A DNA stretch of 64,000 bases from a virus (IMGVR_UViG_3300031413_000570), one strand, 5' to 3'. Shown: positions 10,501-19,715, counted from the first letter of the stretch. Notes: generated from the sequence alone by a model not told the origin. A program made the numbers and translations.

Positions 10501-11544
10501 GCAGACAACCCTAAGCAGTTCTTCGATGACTACCAGGACACATTGCGTCGTAAGCGTGACGGTGAAGAAGTAATTCCTTTCCGTACAGAGAACGTTACTG
10601 ACGGTATCTGTGCTGATGAGCCTGGTGCTCGTGCGTTCGGTATTGAACTTGAGTTCGACATCAAACGTGGTGTGAACAAGTCTGAAGCTTTGCGTAAGAT
10701 TGGTCAGGAGCTTCACGCTGCTGGTCTTACCACCACTTCACAGCAGACTCGTTACCACTCTGCTCGTTCAAGCGGCTGGGCTAACTGGTCATTCGAGCAG
10801 GACTGTACTGTGGACGCTGAAATCGTTTCTCCTTTGATGAAGGACACTCCAGAACACTGGGAGCAGCTGAGAAAAGTTACAGAAATTGTTAACCGTAACG
10901 GTGGTATCGCTACCACACGTACAGGTTCTCACGTTCACGTGTCAACTGCTTCTTACGAAATGTCAAGTGCTAAGCATGCTGAGCTTCTTCGTACAGTGAA
11001 CAATAACGAAGACAACTTGTACCGTTTGGCTGCTAACCCTGCAACAGGTAAACACCGTGGAACACGTTGGTGTGCACCTAACGCAACTGACACAGCAAAC
11101 GACATTAGTGATGACGTGGCAGATGGACACCAGGTTCTTGGTTACAACCACAACAGCCATGGTGTTGGTTTGAACTTCGAAGGAACAGCAAGCACTACCT
11201 ACAAGAAGTCTAACATCGAGTTCCGTATGTGGGACGGTACAATGGACCCTGCTGTTATTCAGCAGCAGGTTGCCATCTCCGCCGCTATTACAGACTACGC
11301 TGAGCGTAAGGTTATTGTGGACAAGGTTTCTAAGAAGCCAGCTGCTGGCGACCGAGTAACTATTGGTACCAGCAAGCGTAAAGAAAAAGCTGTTCTTACT
11401 GCTGCTAACACAACAACTCACACAGAGGAAACTTTCAAAGAGTCCAGTGCCCAAGCTGCTGAGTTCTTTGACAAGTTGTTCCGTCGTAAAGAAGACCGTG
11501 CTGCTGCAGCGTCATTGTTCGCTGCAACTAACTGGCAGTCATAA
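7501..11544 (+). CDS. Giant multidomain protein: Cys leader, KTSC, Zn ribbon, two SWIM fingers, coiled coil, amidoligase (COOH-NH2 ligase type 2)
   Basis: MCNAIRDGGQRC; KTSC-like INSYGYDEGRMEVVF...YAYQNVP...SPGRIF (about 8100-8280); CGSCGQFRAAAHSC; CNC..CQH (9517-9558); CTC..CEH (10069-10110); FGIELEFD (10636), EIVSP, GSHVHVS, IEFRMWDGT. Confidence 0.85.
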   Translation: MCNAIRDGGQRCPVHQHHNIAAIKAASHLSGLTRLQTERLFAELRREGRNAEPLTNRLRAGSLRRIRNSVAGTDVAEAVESEIERSRQHDTEIDPASGYAQRALLTRSRERAAALNARFAEVATRTGYTQEEVAAKYKEFRNAVDTSRGSAVPAEYDQNTRRAAVLANLPYDRASVVAIEKLNTLAPAEEGRRVALRPAPEGSHINSYGYDEGRMEVVFNSNTDRIYAYQNVPAELWNRFSESESPGRIFAREIRGVGDYQYASEAAAEADAHRVRCGSCGQFRAAAHSCPEREQREEIATTLITAGQTPAEVATFIAENVETPEDIQNQAAATAAFEEYQNDLAAGVYEAYDAEVEPAPTAEEVAAEAETPVEDAQTTPAAEIPAYDLNATNGSILTDQDTGYLNQVGVDNAPEATANYVSTVENQREPAALSTEAISVGSDELLSRVQIANSMDSLNNYYYWNREELETHLGADTIAEIDSSPEHIYYVVGVREESGTPEVLASYDSRYYTGNSNNAWGTSAANYRMTYGYNITRRGFKAPEQTFTEEERDALVETETTQLAGLVESGQAVRIEGTTSETRKYVVDGNKTDNRSKLYVRMGNATAFKRAIRENKVVIMPVSMRHPYGVNSVDDQGFHVEARSNTEVKGEIAVRRNSEGVMEVISTERKLRCNCRDYRLKYYCQHVNYAQRHFANVAQQMIPVPRAAVPESERPHRLLTQALHDRADTRVVEPENEAPYISFGTELSGETRSGSYWQARNYGEIPADLRPADPDNITPDEAANLQGFSTTVGNITNFSVPVGPGQLRTALRRGDVEVPISMNFGWRGSVVTGSLTFNQNSSADLEDLTVRTRSLRCTCAAYQENYDCEHVRAAAAMGRPLLGIGSRTITSNTPNSVYVAENRYRNEMRAQAEVAGYMARGMSREEAQAEVAAELARRQAEQAEYEERRARERAEYEERQAAARRAEVERMRSMNADVIAGNETYRASMLARWENVEETYADNPKQFFDDYQDTLRRKRDGEEVIPFRTENVTDGICADEPGARAFGIELEFDIKRGVNKSEALRKIGQELHAAGLTTTSQQTRYHSARSSGWANWSFEQDCTVDAEIVSPLMKDTPEHWEQLRKVTEIVNRNGGIATTRTGSHVHVSTASYEMSSAKHAELLRTVNNNEDNLYRLAANPATGKHRGTRWCAPNATDTANDISDDVADGHQVLGYNHNSHGVGLNFEGTASTTYKKSNIEFRMWDGTMDPAVIQQQVAISAAITDYAERKVIVDKVSKKPAAGDRVTIGTSKRKEKAVLTAANTTTHTEETFKESSAQAAEFFDKLFRRKEDRAAAASLFAATNWQS

Positions 11545-11556
11545 TAATTGAATAGA

Positions 11557-11593
11557 AGAAATCCCCCTGGCAGGTTCTGTCAGGGGGATTTCT
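11557..11593. terminator. Bidirectional terminator
   Basis: agaaatccccctggcag / ctgtcagggggatttct between convergent genes. Confidence 0.85.
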
Positions 11594-12402
11594 CATTTCT
11601 CTAACTTCAGCATAGGAGAAGCCGGCTGGAGACTTTTTGCTTCCAGAAACTCCAAATGGGCTTGCATCTGGCTCAGCGAATGGGCGGTATTCTTCTGAAC
11701 GATACTACGAACCTGGTTTTCAATCAGGGTCAGCTGCTGCACCAGAATGTTAGCTGCCTGCTCAGTCACTTCAGGGGATACATTGCTGAGTCCATTGAAA
11801 AGCCGTAACGCTTCTGGGATGTAGGAGTTCACAACCTGCTCTAACGTGAAACTGTCTTCAACAGAGTTCTCTTGCTGCTGGGCAGTTGTAAGCAGGGATA
11901 CAAGAGAGTGTAACCTGTCGTTAGCTTCTTTGTGGTTCAAGTCAATGACAGTTTCAGTGTCTACACTTTTCTTTCTAGAAGGAGCCAGAATCTGAGGCCA
12001 GTAGTTCAGGTGGTCTCTCATCAATTTCACAATGTACTCATTGAACTCATCAATCAAGTAAGAAGGGTCACCCTGATCCAACATCTCAGTCCTCATGTAA
12101 CTGATTTGCTGAGGAAGACTCCTGTGAATGACTTCCCACAGAAGAAAAGCCTGAGGGTCCTTTAGCTGCTGCCTGTCAATGGTGGGGAGACGTGTGAAGA
12201 AATTCTGTAAAGTGCTTTTGCATCTTTTCTTCCATTTGTCGTCACCGAAAGCTGCTTGTCCGATGCGAGCTTCGAGAGTCTGATGAATTTCTTTAATCTC
12301 TTCGGGGGAAACTGTCCTAGTCCAAAGAACAGCTGTTTTAAACTCATCAGATGTAGATGAGTGTTGCTGTTGTTCAGCATTATTCTTCTTAAACCAGCTC
12401 AT
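11593..12402 (-). CDS. Hypothetical helical protein; C-terminus paralogous to 16307..17203 (XpaC-like)
   Basis: EQVVNSYIPEAL...SQMQAHLEFLEAK; TACAAT 7 nt upstream of ATG 12402 suggests a leaderless start. Confidence 0.7.
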   Translation of the reverse strand: MSWFKKNNAEQQQHSSTSDEFKTAVLWTRTVSPEEIKEIHQTLEARIGQAAFGDDKWKKRCKSTLQNFFTRLPTIDRQQLKDPQAFLLWEVIHRSLPQQISYMRTEMLDQGDPSYLIDEFNEYIVKLMRDHLNYWPQILAPSRKKSVDTETVIDLNHKEANDRLHSLVSLLTTAQQQENSVEDSFTLEQVVNSYIPEALRLFNGLSNVSPEVTEQAANILVQQLTLIENQVRSIVQKNTAHSLSQMQAHLEFLEAKSLQPASPMLKLEK

Positions 12403-12562
12403 AGCTTCCATTGTACCAAAAATACAACCTCTTTACAACCACACAATTTATCTGAGAGTTTTCTGGGAGTATGCTGTTTTAGCTAAAGTATGGGAGTAAT
12501 GACCGAACTACTTAACAACACATACTACAGTGTTTTACGGTAACAAAATGGAGGAACCACAA

Positions 12563-13063
12563 ATGACTACCACAGAAACAACCGACAAGAAAACCAACAC
12601 AGTAGACAAGTCAATTGACGTAAACGTGCCAATTTCAACTGCCTACAACCAATGGACCCAGTTCGAGTCCTTCCCTCGTTTTATGAACGGGGTTGAAGAA
12701 ATTACTCAAACTGATGACACTCACAACCATTGGAGAGTCTCCATTGCCGGGGTCAAACGAGAATTCGATGCAGTCATTACAGACCAGCATCCTGATGAGA
12801 AAGTCGCTTGGAAGAGCGTAGACGGTACAACTCATGCTGGTCAGGTTACTTTTCATCGTATTGATGACAATACAACCAGGGTAACAGTCGAACTGGAATG
12901 GAAGCCAGAAGGACTGGCCGAAAAAGCCGGAGCGGCTCTACAGCTGGATGATGTTCAGGTCCAGCAAGATTTGAAGAACTTCAAGGAGCTCATCGAAGAC
13001 CGAGGAGCAGAAGAAGGAGCTTGGCGAGGCGATGTGGATAATAAGTTTGGCACAGTAACATAA
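12563..13063 (+). CDS. SRPBCC family (polyketide cyclase/dehydrase-like) protein
   Basis: SIDVNVPISTAYNQWTQFESFPRFM, HPDEKVAWKS, DLKNFKELIE, EEGAWRG typical of the actinobacterial family; ggagg RBS. Confidence 0.9.
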   Translation: MTTTETTDKKTNTVDKSIDVNVPISTAYNQWTQFESFPRFMNGVEEITQTDDTHNHWRVSIAGVKREFDAVITDQHPDEKVAWKSVDGTTHAGQVTFHRIDDNTTRVTVELEWKPEGLAEKAGAALQLDDVQVQQDLKNFKELIEDRGAEEGAWRGDVDNKFGTVT

Positions 13064-13067
13064 TATT

Positions 13068-13113
13068 AAAATGAAAATGCCCTCTATGTCATCATGGAGG
13101 GCATTTTCATTTT
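13068..13113. terminator. Bidirectional terminator
   Basis: aaaatgaaaatgccctctatg / catggagggcattttcatttt. Confidence 0.85.
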
Positions 13114-13561
13114 AAAGCTGTTCAGAAACTATCACAGCAGTCCCATTTTCATCTGGTGATCCAGAGCTGGTTACCGACACAGTAGCTTGTAGATTATCCT
13201 TTACGAGAGTTATCTCTAAATCTTCATCCACTTCTGTATTCACTATTACAACCCAACCTTGGTCAACTAAACTAGCTGACCAATTTCGTGCAAAGTCGAT
13301 ATCAGGGTTAGTTGAGTATAAACTCATTACTCCCGAATCTTCGTCTTCAATAGAAGCTGTAAAAGAATGTGAAGGGAGATTATATTCATTCCATTGCTCA
13401 GGAATGGTAATTGCTTCTACCGATTCAGAAGGGGCTGGAGAAGCCGCTTCACTTGTTTTTATTGAATCATTTGTTTCAGGAACGTTGTCTACTTTAGCGC
13501 TACAACCCACTAAAATAGTCGTCGTAGCAACCACAGTTATTAGAAATGCAATTTTTTTCAT
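13112..13561 (-). CDS. Putative lipoprotein
   Basis: MKK + hydrophobic stretch + LVGC lipobox; start overlaps the upstream stop. Confidence 0.75.
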   Translation of the reverse strand: MKKIAFLITVVATTTILVGCSAKVDNVPETNDSIKTSEAASPAPSESVEAITIPEQWNEYNLPSHSFTASIEDEDSGVMSLYSTNPDIDFARNWSASLVDQGWVVIVNTEVDEDLEITLVKDNLQATVSVTSSGSPDENGTAVIVSEQL

Positions 13562-14361
13562 ACTTTTGATACTTCCTGACCTAACCAAACTAGTAACCCT
13601 TTCCCTGCCGCATGACCTGAAGTTTTAGCAAAGATGACATCAGAGTCATCTAAAACTTCCAAGTATCCAGTGATAATTTTTGTCCTGGCTCCACCCAGTT
13701 TTAAAGTTTTCAGCATTTTTCGCATCTTTTTACCAGTAAAAGTATCAAAATAAGCGTCAACTTCATCTAACCAGCTATCAGTTTCTGCCATCCATAATAC
13801 CTGCCAAAGTACAATGTCACTTACTTCATGAACCACCGTTACATCCAGCCACCCTTCTTGGATAGCATCAACAAACTCTACAACACCGTCCACGGTACCT
13901 GAATCCGCTTGAATAGCTGGAGCAGCAGCCCAAAGTACCATTTGACTCAAACTTGCTTTTGCTAACGCCTGATAATAGTTTTCTATTTGAACGGTGTCAG
14001 CATTGTTGGCAATTACTGCATAATTGTAGGCTAAAGTGCTGAAATATTTCCATTCCTCATAAATTTCATCATTGGATTCCAAAAAGCGTTCGCAAGGCTC
14101 ATACGTATTTAGCTCATATACATTTAAACTATATGCTGGATGGGCGCCTTCGACTAAAGTACTCATATTTCCATATGTGTAAGGAGCCATAACAGAAGTA
14201 GCTGTTTCCGCTGCACCTAAGCATTCTTCCATTGATGAATAAGGCGACCTATCTGACATAGGTCGAGTATCTTCAGCAGGAGTAGCGTGGGCTGAAGTTA
14301 CAGAAACCATAACCATCGCAATCGCAACCGCTAATGAAAGTATCGATATACGTTTTTTCAT
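13558..14361 (-). CDS. Putative secreted protein
   Basis: MKKR + hydrophobic stretch + AHA signal peptidase site. Confidence 0.7.
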   Translation of the reverse strand: MKKRISILSLAVAIAMVMVSVTSAHATPAEDTRPMSDRSPYSSMEECLGAAETATSVMAPYTYGNMSTLVEGAHPAYSLNVYELNTYEPCERFLESNDEIYEEWKYFSTLAYNYAVIANNADTVQIENYYQALAKASLSQMVLWAAAPAIQADSGTVDGVVEFVDAIQEGWLDVTVVHEVSDIVLWQVLWMAETDSWLDEVDAYFDTFTGKKMRKMLKTLKLGGARTKIITGYLEVLDDSDVIFAKTSGHAAGKGLLVWLGQEVSKV

Positions 14362-14492
14362 AACATCTCTCAGTATTGTTTCTCTCAGTATACATGAAAA
14401 CGAAAACACTCAGAACAAAACCTTGCAAGCGGAGCGTAAACCTGATACAGTGAAACCTATAAGTAACCCATCCGAACAAAAGGAAAGATAGA

Positions 14493-14939
14493 ATGACTAT
14501 CAAAGACACCCTCAAGGCTGACCTCACTAAGTTCCTCAAGGAGCGTAACGAGCTCGGCAAGACCACCCTCCGTGGCGTCCTCGGTGCTGTGGAGACTGCG
14601 GAGAAGTCCGGCAAGACTGCTGTCGAGTTCACTGACTCTCAGGTTCTGGAACTCCTTGGTCGTGAGGTGAAGAAGCGTCGTGAGACTGCTACCATCTACG
14701 CTGGGGCTGGTCAGGTTGAGCGTAGCGAGCGTGAGACTGCTGAGGCTGACCTCATCGCCAAGTACCTTCCTGCTCAGCTTGACCGTGAGGCAATTGAGAC
14801 TTTCGTAGACAACGCTGTTGCCGAGCTGGGTGCTGCTGCGAACATGGGTAAGGTCATGAAGCTTGTCACGCCTTTCACTAAGGGTCGTGCTGACGGCAAG
14901 CTTGTCAGCGAGATTGTTCGCAGCAAGCTTGACGTGTAA
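14493..14939 (+). CDS. GatB/YqeY domain protein
   Basis: LKADLTKFLKER...EVKKRRETA...RETAEADLIAKYLPAQL...MGKVMK...GRADGKLV. Confidence 0.9.
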   Translation: MTIKDTLKADLTKFLKERNELGKTTLRGVLGAVETAEKSGKTAVEFTDSQVLELLGREVKKRRETATIYAGAGQVERSERETAEADLIAKYLPAQLDREAIETFVDNAVAELGAAANMGKVMKLVTPFTKGRADGKLVSEIVRSKLDV

Positions 14940-14951
14940 GTAAAGTCAAGT

Positions 14952-14994
14952 AGAAGGGCGGAAGAACTGATTCTGGTTCTTCCGCCCTTCTTTT
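14952..14994 (+). terminator. Intrinsic terminator
   Basis: agaagggcggaagaac / gttcttccgcccttct plus T-run. Confidence 0.85.
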
Positions 14995-15008
14995 GGTATC
15001 ATTAGGAT

Positions 15009-15386
15009 ATGATCCCTTCAGACTACCGACGTAAAATCTTTGGTGACGCCCAAATCATCAATTACAACGTCGGGTTTGAGTTCATCATGTACACCTTAGA
15101 AGTCTCTAACGCAATGATGGAGACATATGATGCTTTAGAACCAATGGAGACATTCCAAGTTACCCATGTTGTTCCCTTAGAGAACGATTTGGATGATGTC
15201 ACTTCTTGGCTATCCACACCAACAGCAAAACTCATTGAGACTGCCTGGCGTGAAGAAGAAAAAGATTTGATGTTTGAAAAGCAAGAAGACACTCATATGG
15301 TGTTGTTGTCTTTGGGAGGATACGCAGTCCTCGTTCCTCTGCCAATGTATGGTTTTTTCGATCTTGTAGATAACACCGATAGCTAA
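15009..15386 (+). CDS. Hypothetical protein (likely leaderless)
   Basis: 125 aa; TATCAT (14997-15002) 6 nt before ATG. Confidence 0.65.
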   Translation: MIPSDYRRKIFGDAQIINYNVGFEFIMYTLEVSNAMMETYDALEPMETFQVTHVVPLENDLDDVTSWLSTPTAKLIETAWREEEKDLMFEKQEDTHMVLLSLGGYAVLVPLPMYGFFDLVDNTDS

Positions 15387-15389
15387 ATC

Positions 15390-16274
15390 ATGACTGTTCG
15401 TGTAATTGATTTGTTCGCTGGTATTGGTGGTTTCCACCAAGCATTCCATAACCTCAACACTGAAGTTGTGTTCTCCTCTGAGTGGGAACCTAACGCTCGT
15501 AAAACATACCAAGCTAACTTCGAAAAAGTTTCACCTAAAGTGTTTGAAGGTAATAACTTCGCAGGTGATATCACCCAGGTAGACCCGAAGAACATTCCTG
15601 ACTTTGATGTCATCTGTGGCGGTTTCCCCTGCCAGCCATTCTCCAATGTTGGAAAACGACAAGGCTTTGCTGATGAAAAAGGTCGAGGTAATTTGTTCTT
15701 CAACATTGCTGCAATCATCAAAGAGAAGCAACCAAAAGCTTTCTTTCTTGAAAATGTCCGTGGTCTTCTGAGCCATGACAGTGGAAACACTTTCTTAGCT
15801 ATTCAGAAAATTATTGAAGAGCTGGGTTATTCTTTCCACTGGAAACTCATCAAAGCTTCTGATTTCAATGTACCTCAGCACCGTCCTCGTGTGTTCATGG
15901 TTGGTTTCCGTAACGACATTGACGACTCCAACTTCTCCTTCCCTGAGTCTGTACCTTTGACTAACACAATCAGTGAAGTGCTTGGAGGTGTTGTAACTAC
16001 ACCTGCTGGTAAAGATAGAGCAGTTGGTTTCACCCTTCGAGTAGGTGGGCGCCGCAGCGGTATACATGACAGGCGTAACTGGGACGGCTACGTTGTTGAT
16101 GGTGTGGAGAGATTCATCACTGTAGATGAAGGACGCAGAATGCAAGGGTTCCCTGAAGGATTCGAGTTTCCTGTCAGTGATGTTCAGGCTTTCAAGCAGT
16201 TAGGTAACAGCGTTGCAGTGCCGGCAGTGCAAGCAACAGCTTCTCAGCTGCTTGACATCATCCGACACAGTTGA
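15390..16274 (+). CDS. dcm: Orphan DNA (cytosine-5)-methyltransferase
   Basis: DLFAGIGG, GGFPCQPFS, ENV, PQHRPRVF, KQLGNSVAV; no adjacent nuclease recognised. Confidence 0.95.
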   Translation: MTVRVIDLFAGIGGFHQAFHNLNTEVVFSSEWEPNARKTYQANFEKVSPKVFEGNNFAGDITQVDPKNIPDFDVICGGFPCQPFSNVGKRQGFADEKGRGNLFFNIAAIIKEKQPKAFFLENVRGLLSHDSGNTFLAIQKIIEELGYSFHWKLIKASDFNVPQHRPRVFMVGFRNDIDDSNFSFPESVPLTNTISEVLGGVVTTPAGKDRAVGFTLRVGGRRSGIHDRRNWDGYVVDGVERFITVDEGRRMQGFPEGFEFPVSDVQAFKQLGNSVAVPAVQATASQLLDIIRHS

Positions 16275-16299
16275 CGTTACCTTGCAAATACGGTACAAT
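16271..16299 (+). promoter_or_regulatory. Primary-sigma-type promoter for a leaderless gene
   Basis: TTGACG-N17-TACAAT, ATG 7 nt downstream at 16307. Confidence 0.75.
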
Positions 16300-16306
16300 C
16301 TAAAGT

Positions 16307-17203
16307 ATGTGGTGGAAAACTAAGCAGACTAACGAGCTCGCAACTCATGCTCTGGAGATGGCTAATGCCGTCCAGAAGCTTCCTGTTGTTGTTACTGTTG
16401 CTGATAAGTTCCGTAAAGGTCAGGTAGATAACAGCATTTACGACCTGAGAAATGCATTCATTCGTCTTCCTATCAGTCCGACAACCCGCCAGCGTTACGC
16501 CAGCAACCGTACTTACATTTCTTTCCAGGCTCCTTATCCTCACCGACGTAAAACCGTCAGTCTATTTGACTTTCTCATAAAGAAGCTTCAGACGGTGGAT
16601 TTTGTTCGAGCGGATTCTCGTACTCTCATGCGTATTGTCGATATTCTGAATGAAGAAATTCCTCGTAAAATTCGTGAAGCAGAAACTGAGTACACTCTGG
16701 AAGGTTGGAGTAACGAGGAGAAGAACAACAAAGATGTTGATGATGCTATCGAGCGTGCTATTGCTGAAGCTACTGCCCTTCCTTCCACTCTTTCAGGGCT
16801 TCATGCTGAAGTTCAAGACGAAGCAGGCAACATTCTTGCCTCCGACATTACTTTCCCTGACATCAGTATGTATTCAGAGCTTGAGGAGCTTTCTGCTGAG
16901 CTGGAGGCTTTGAAGCTTGATTGGGAGCATGCTCATTCACTTCCTATGGAAACAGAGGATGAGTTCACTATTGAGCAGGTAGCATTGTCTTATCTTCCTG
17001 ACGCTCTCGTTCTTTTCGAACGATTCCGTCGCAGGACTAAAGATGAAACAAACAACCGAGCTAAGGACCTTCTGTTGGAGCAGGTGAAGCTCATTCGTAA
17101 GCAGGTGACGTTTGTACTGGAACAGCATACTGAAGACAGTTTCAGTCAGATGGAAGCACATATGAACTTCCTGAAAGCTAAGAACGACCAGCTTGGTCTG
17201 TGA
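16307..17203 (+). CDS. Hypothetical protein with XpaC-like C-terminus, paralogous to 11593..12402
   Basis: EQVALSYLPDAL...SQMEAHMNFLKAK. Confidence 0.7.
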   Translation: MWWKTKQTNELATHALEMANAVQKLPVVVTVADKFRKGQVDNSIYDLRNAFIRLPISPTTRQRYASNRTYISFQAPYPHRRKTVSLFDFLIKKLQTVDFVRADSRTLMRIVDILNEEIPRKIREAETEYTLEGWSNEEKNNKDVDDAIERAIAEATALPSTLSGLHAEVQDEAGNILASDITFPDISMYSELEELSAELEALKLDWEHAHSLPMETEDEFTIEQVALSYLPDALVLFERFRRRTKDETNNRAKDLLLEQVKLIRKQVTFVLEQHTEDSFSQMEAHMNFLKAKNDQLGL

Positions 17204-17212
17204 CCTTGGGGG

Positions 17213-17262
17213 AGTAAAGCCTTTACACTTGACTGAACTAAATCAAGTGTAGAGGCTTTACT
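17213..17262. terminator. Bidirectional terminator
   Basis: agtaaagcctttacacttga / tcaagtgtagaggctttact. Confidence 0.8.
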
Positions 17263-18016
17263 ATTTCCCTAATGGTAAAGACCCTGAGTTTCTAACTGAA
17301 TGCAACCCGAAAAGGTCCATCTTTTTCTTCTGCCTGAAAGTCACTGTAGCTGTTTGATCTTCTCTGTAGTCCCAAACTACCAGAGGTCTTTTTGTTCCTG
17401 TTATCACACCATTACTGTGTTCTTTGACGTAATGCAAAGCCACATCCAGGTTTTGTGCGTAACAATACAGAATTATCTTATGATCTTTAGCTTGTTTGTG
17501 CAGTTCAGCTCGTAAAGCTATTCCGTATTTTCTTCCAACTGGTAAAGCGTAATGATTGAAGAAAGCCCATCTGTCTGAACTTTCAACACGAACACTTAAA
17601 CCTGTTTCATGTCGTTTCGAATGGAACACATGAATGTTTTTACGGAAGTTATCGACAAACATTTGGACAACTGACATACCAACTAAGGTAAACACTGCTA
17701 ACATTTCAGCTATAATCAAGTTGGATTTGAAACTTTGAAGAATGACTACTTGTAACATGAGTAAGAATACCAAGTTCAACCCGTATTCATTGATAAATAG
17801 CCGGCTGGCTTTGAACCTCTGTTGAGGCTTATGCATTACAGATAAAGGTCCAAGTATTGTTGAAAGATGGAGCAGTACTCCTTGTTTAGCAAGTTGTAAT
17901 GTGTGAGATTGGTTCATGCCAACTGCTTCTACTGGGACTATGCTCATAACGAAGATATTGGCTGATTTCTCATGTTTGCGAGGAATCAAAGATTGTGTTA
18001 TGATTGACTCACTCAA
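17261..18016 (-). CDS. Membrane protein, possibly with a degenerate GNAT-like C-terminus
   Basis: Two hydrophobic helices, then PVGRKYGIALR...ILYCYAQNLDVALHY; start uncertain. Confidence 0.5.
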   Translation of the reverse strand: MSESIITQSLIPRKHEKSANIFVMSIVPVEAVGMNQSHTLQLAKQGVLLHLSTILGPLSVMHKPQQRFKASRLFINEYGLNLVFLLMLQVVILQSFKSNLIIAEMLAVFTLVGMSVVQMFVDNFRKNIHVFHSKRHETGLSVRVESSDRWAFFNHYALPVGRKYGIALRAELHKQAKDHKIILYCYAQNLDVALHYVKEHSNGVITGTKRPLVVWDYREDQTATVTFRQKKKMDLFGLHSVRNSGSLPLGK

Positions 18017-18034
18017 CGAAAGGAAAAACCTAAA

Positions 18035-18724
18035 ATGGGTTTGTTTGATTTTGCTAAAAAGGCCACAGGTTCGGACCAGGCCACGAATTCTGCTCCTGCA
18101 CCTGCTGCTCCTGCAAGCACCGGTGGCATCGACCTCGGTAAGAAGAGCGGAAACATTTCTCTTGCCAAGGGTCAGCGTGTCACCATTGACAAGACTCCTG
18201 TCATCCGTGCCCGTGCCACATGGGACTCAAACACTGACTATGACCTCTACGCTCTTGTCCTTCTCAAGGACGGTACCCAGCTCGTAGTTTCCACCTTCGG
18301 TTCTCAGGAACAGCCTAACCCTACTCCTACCGTCCTGAACGGTGCTGTTCGCCACTTGGGTGACGTTGGTCGCGGCAGCAAGGGTCAGGCTGAGGAAATC
18401 ATCGAGATTAAGATGACTGACGACATCGTGAGCGTTGTTCCTGTCGCTTACTCTGCTCAGAGCAACGGAACTGGTTCTTTCCGTAAGTACAAGGTCTCCC
18501 TGAGCATCGACAATGGTGCTGGTACAGAGGTCAGCATTGACGCCAAGAGCGCCAGCATGAACCCTGTCATCTACTCCCTCGCCATTGGTGCTATCCGCAA
18601 CACTCCTCAGGGTGTTGTTATCGAGCACCTGGAGAAGTACTCCCGCACTGGTTCCGAGAACCGTCCTGCTTTCCGTAACGGCGAAGTGGTCATGGACGCT
18701 GGAGCCAAGAACCTTTACAAGTAA
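18035..18724 (+). CDS. TerD-domain stress protein
   Basis: ISLAKGQRV, WDSNTDYDLYAL, VRHLGDV, EEIIEI, FRKYKV. Confidence 0.8.
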   Translation: MGLFDFAKKATGSDQATNSAPAPAAPASTGGIDLGKKSGNISLAKGQRVTIDKTPVIRARATWDSNTDYDLYALVLLKDGTQLVVSTFGSQEQPNPTPTVLNGAVRHLGDVGRGSKGQAEEIIEIKMTDDIVSVVPVAYSAQSNGTGSFRKYKVSLSIDNGAGTEVSIDAKSASMNPVIYSLAIGAIRNTPQGVVIEHLEKYSRTGSENRPAFRNGEVVMDAGAKNLYK

Positions 18725-18732
18725 GTAGCAAC

Positions 18733-18774
18733 ATAAGTAAAGCCCCTCAGGAAGTTCTGAGGGGCTTTACTTAT
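18733..18774. terminator. Bidirectional terminator
   Basis: ataagtaaagcccctcag / ctgaggggctttacttat. Confidence 0.85.
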
Positions 18775-18779
18775 TGGAT

Positions 18780-19682
18780 TTACTGTTGAGTGTTTTCTTC
18801 CGCAGCAGCAGGGTCGGTTACTTGAACTGTAAGACCGTAGTTACCGCCAGCGTTGATGTCTTCACCAAGTTTGACAAGAGAATCATAAGTGATTCCTTCG
18901 TCAACTGCACCGTAAGCAATTGTGACGTTCTTGTCAAGGCTGATGAGAGAAATTTCATTGGTAGCTGTGAACACTTCTTTGCCATACTGAAGGTTGAACT
19001 TCAGAAGGTTGTCAAAGTTGTCCATCTTGCCGTAAACTGCACCTGTCTGACTGTAGCTGTTCCCGCCGGCTTCTGGGAGGTTGATGGCAATCACATCGAT
19101 ATTTTCAGCCAAATACTCTTCAACGATAGCTTTAGTTGGAGCTACTTCATTTTCCTTGGTAGTGAAGGTTGCAGTGATTGAAGAATCCTTCTCGTTGGTA
19201 ATGTCACGAGGAGCAATCTGCAGGTAAGCTCCATCATTATCTTCACGTGTCTTCAGTGCTTTTTTGACAAGAGTTGTAGTTTTTTCATCCTTCAACTCAT
19301 CTTGACTAAAACCATACAGTCCAACGTATCCTTCTGTTACATCCAGCCCAATTTGGTAGTAGACTGTGATGTCCATGTCAGGAAGACGTTTCTGGATATC
19401 TTCGAAATCAGCTGAGGTAAGGGATGTTGTGATGATTCCAATTGAAGCACTGTCAGCTTCAGCGTTCTCATCTGTTTGAGCGTTCTGATCTGTACCAGCA
19501 AAGGTTTGAACTTTCACCTCTTTGAAGTAGTCGGCCCCGTCAAATGCTTTATCGAAATCAGCTTGGATAGCATTTGTTGTTTTGGGTGTGCTGTTTACGG
19601 TGACCAGCACACCTGCTACGATAGCCCCTGCAACAGCTAACAGTGCAACCACTGCAAGGATAATCTTGTGTCGTCTCTTCAT
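18780..19682 (-). CDS. Membrane-anchored or exported protein
   Basis: MKRRHK followed by a single N-terminal hydrophobic helix. Confidence 0.7.
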   Translation of the reverse strand: MKRRHKIILAVVALLAVAGAIVAGVLVTVNSTPKTTNAIQADFDKAFDGADYFKEVKVQTFAGTDQNAQTDENAEADSASIGIITTSLTSADFEDIQKRLPDMDITVYYQIGLDVTEGYVGLYGFSQDELKDEKTTTLVKKALKTREDNDGAYLQIAPRDITNEKDSSITATFTTKENEVAPTKAIVEEYLAENIDVIAINLPEAGGNSYSQTGAVYGKMDNFDNLLKFNLQYGKEVFTATNEISLISLDKNVTIAYGAVDEGITYDSLVKLGEDINAGGNYGLTVQVTDPAAAEENTQQ

Positions 19683-19715
19683 GAGAACCTTTCATTTGTC
19701 TTAATGTTATATAGG

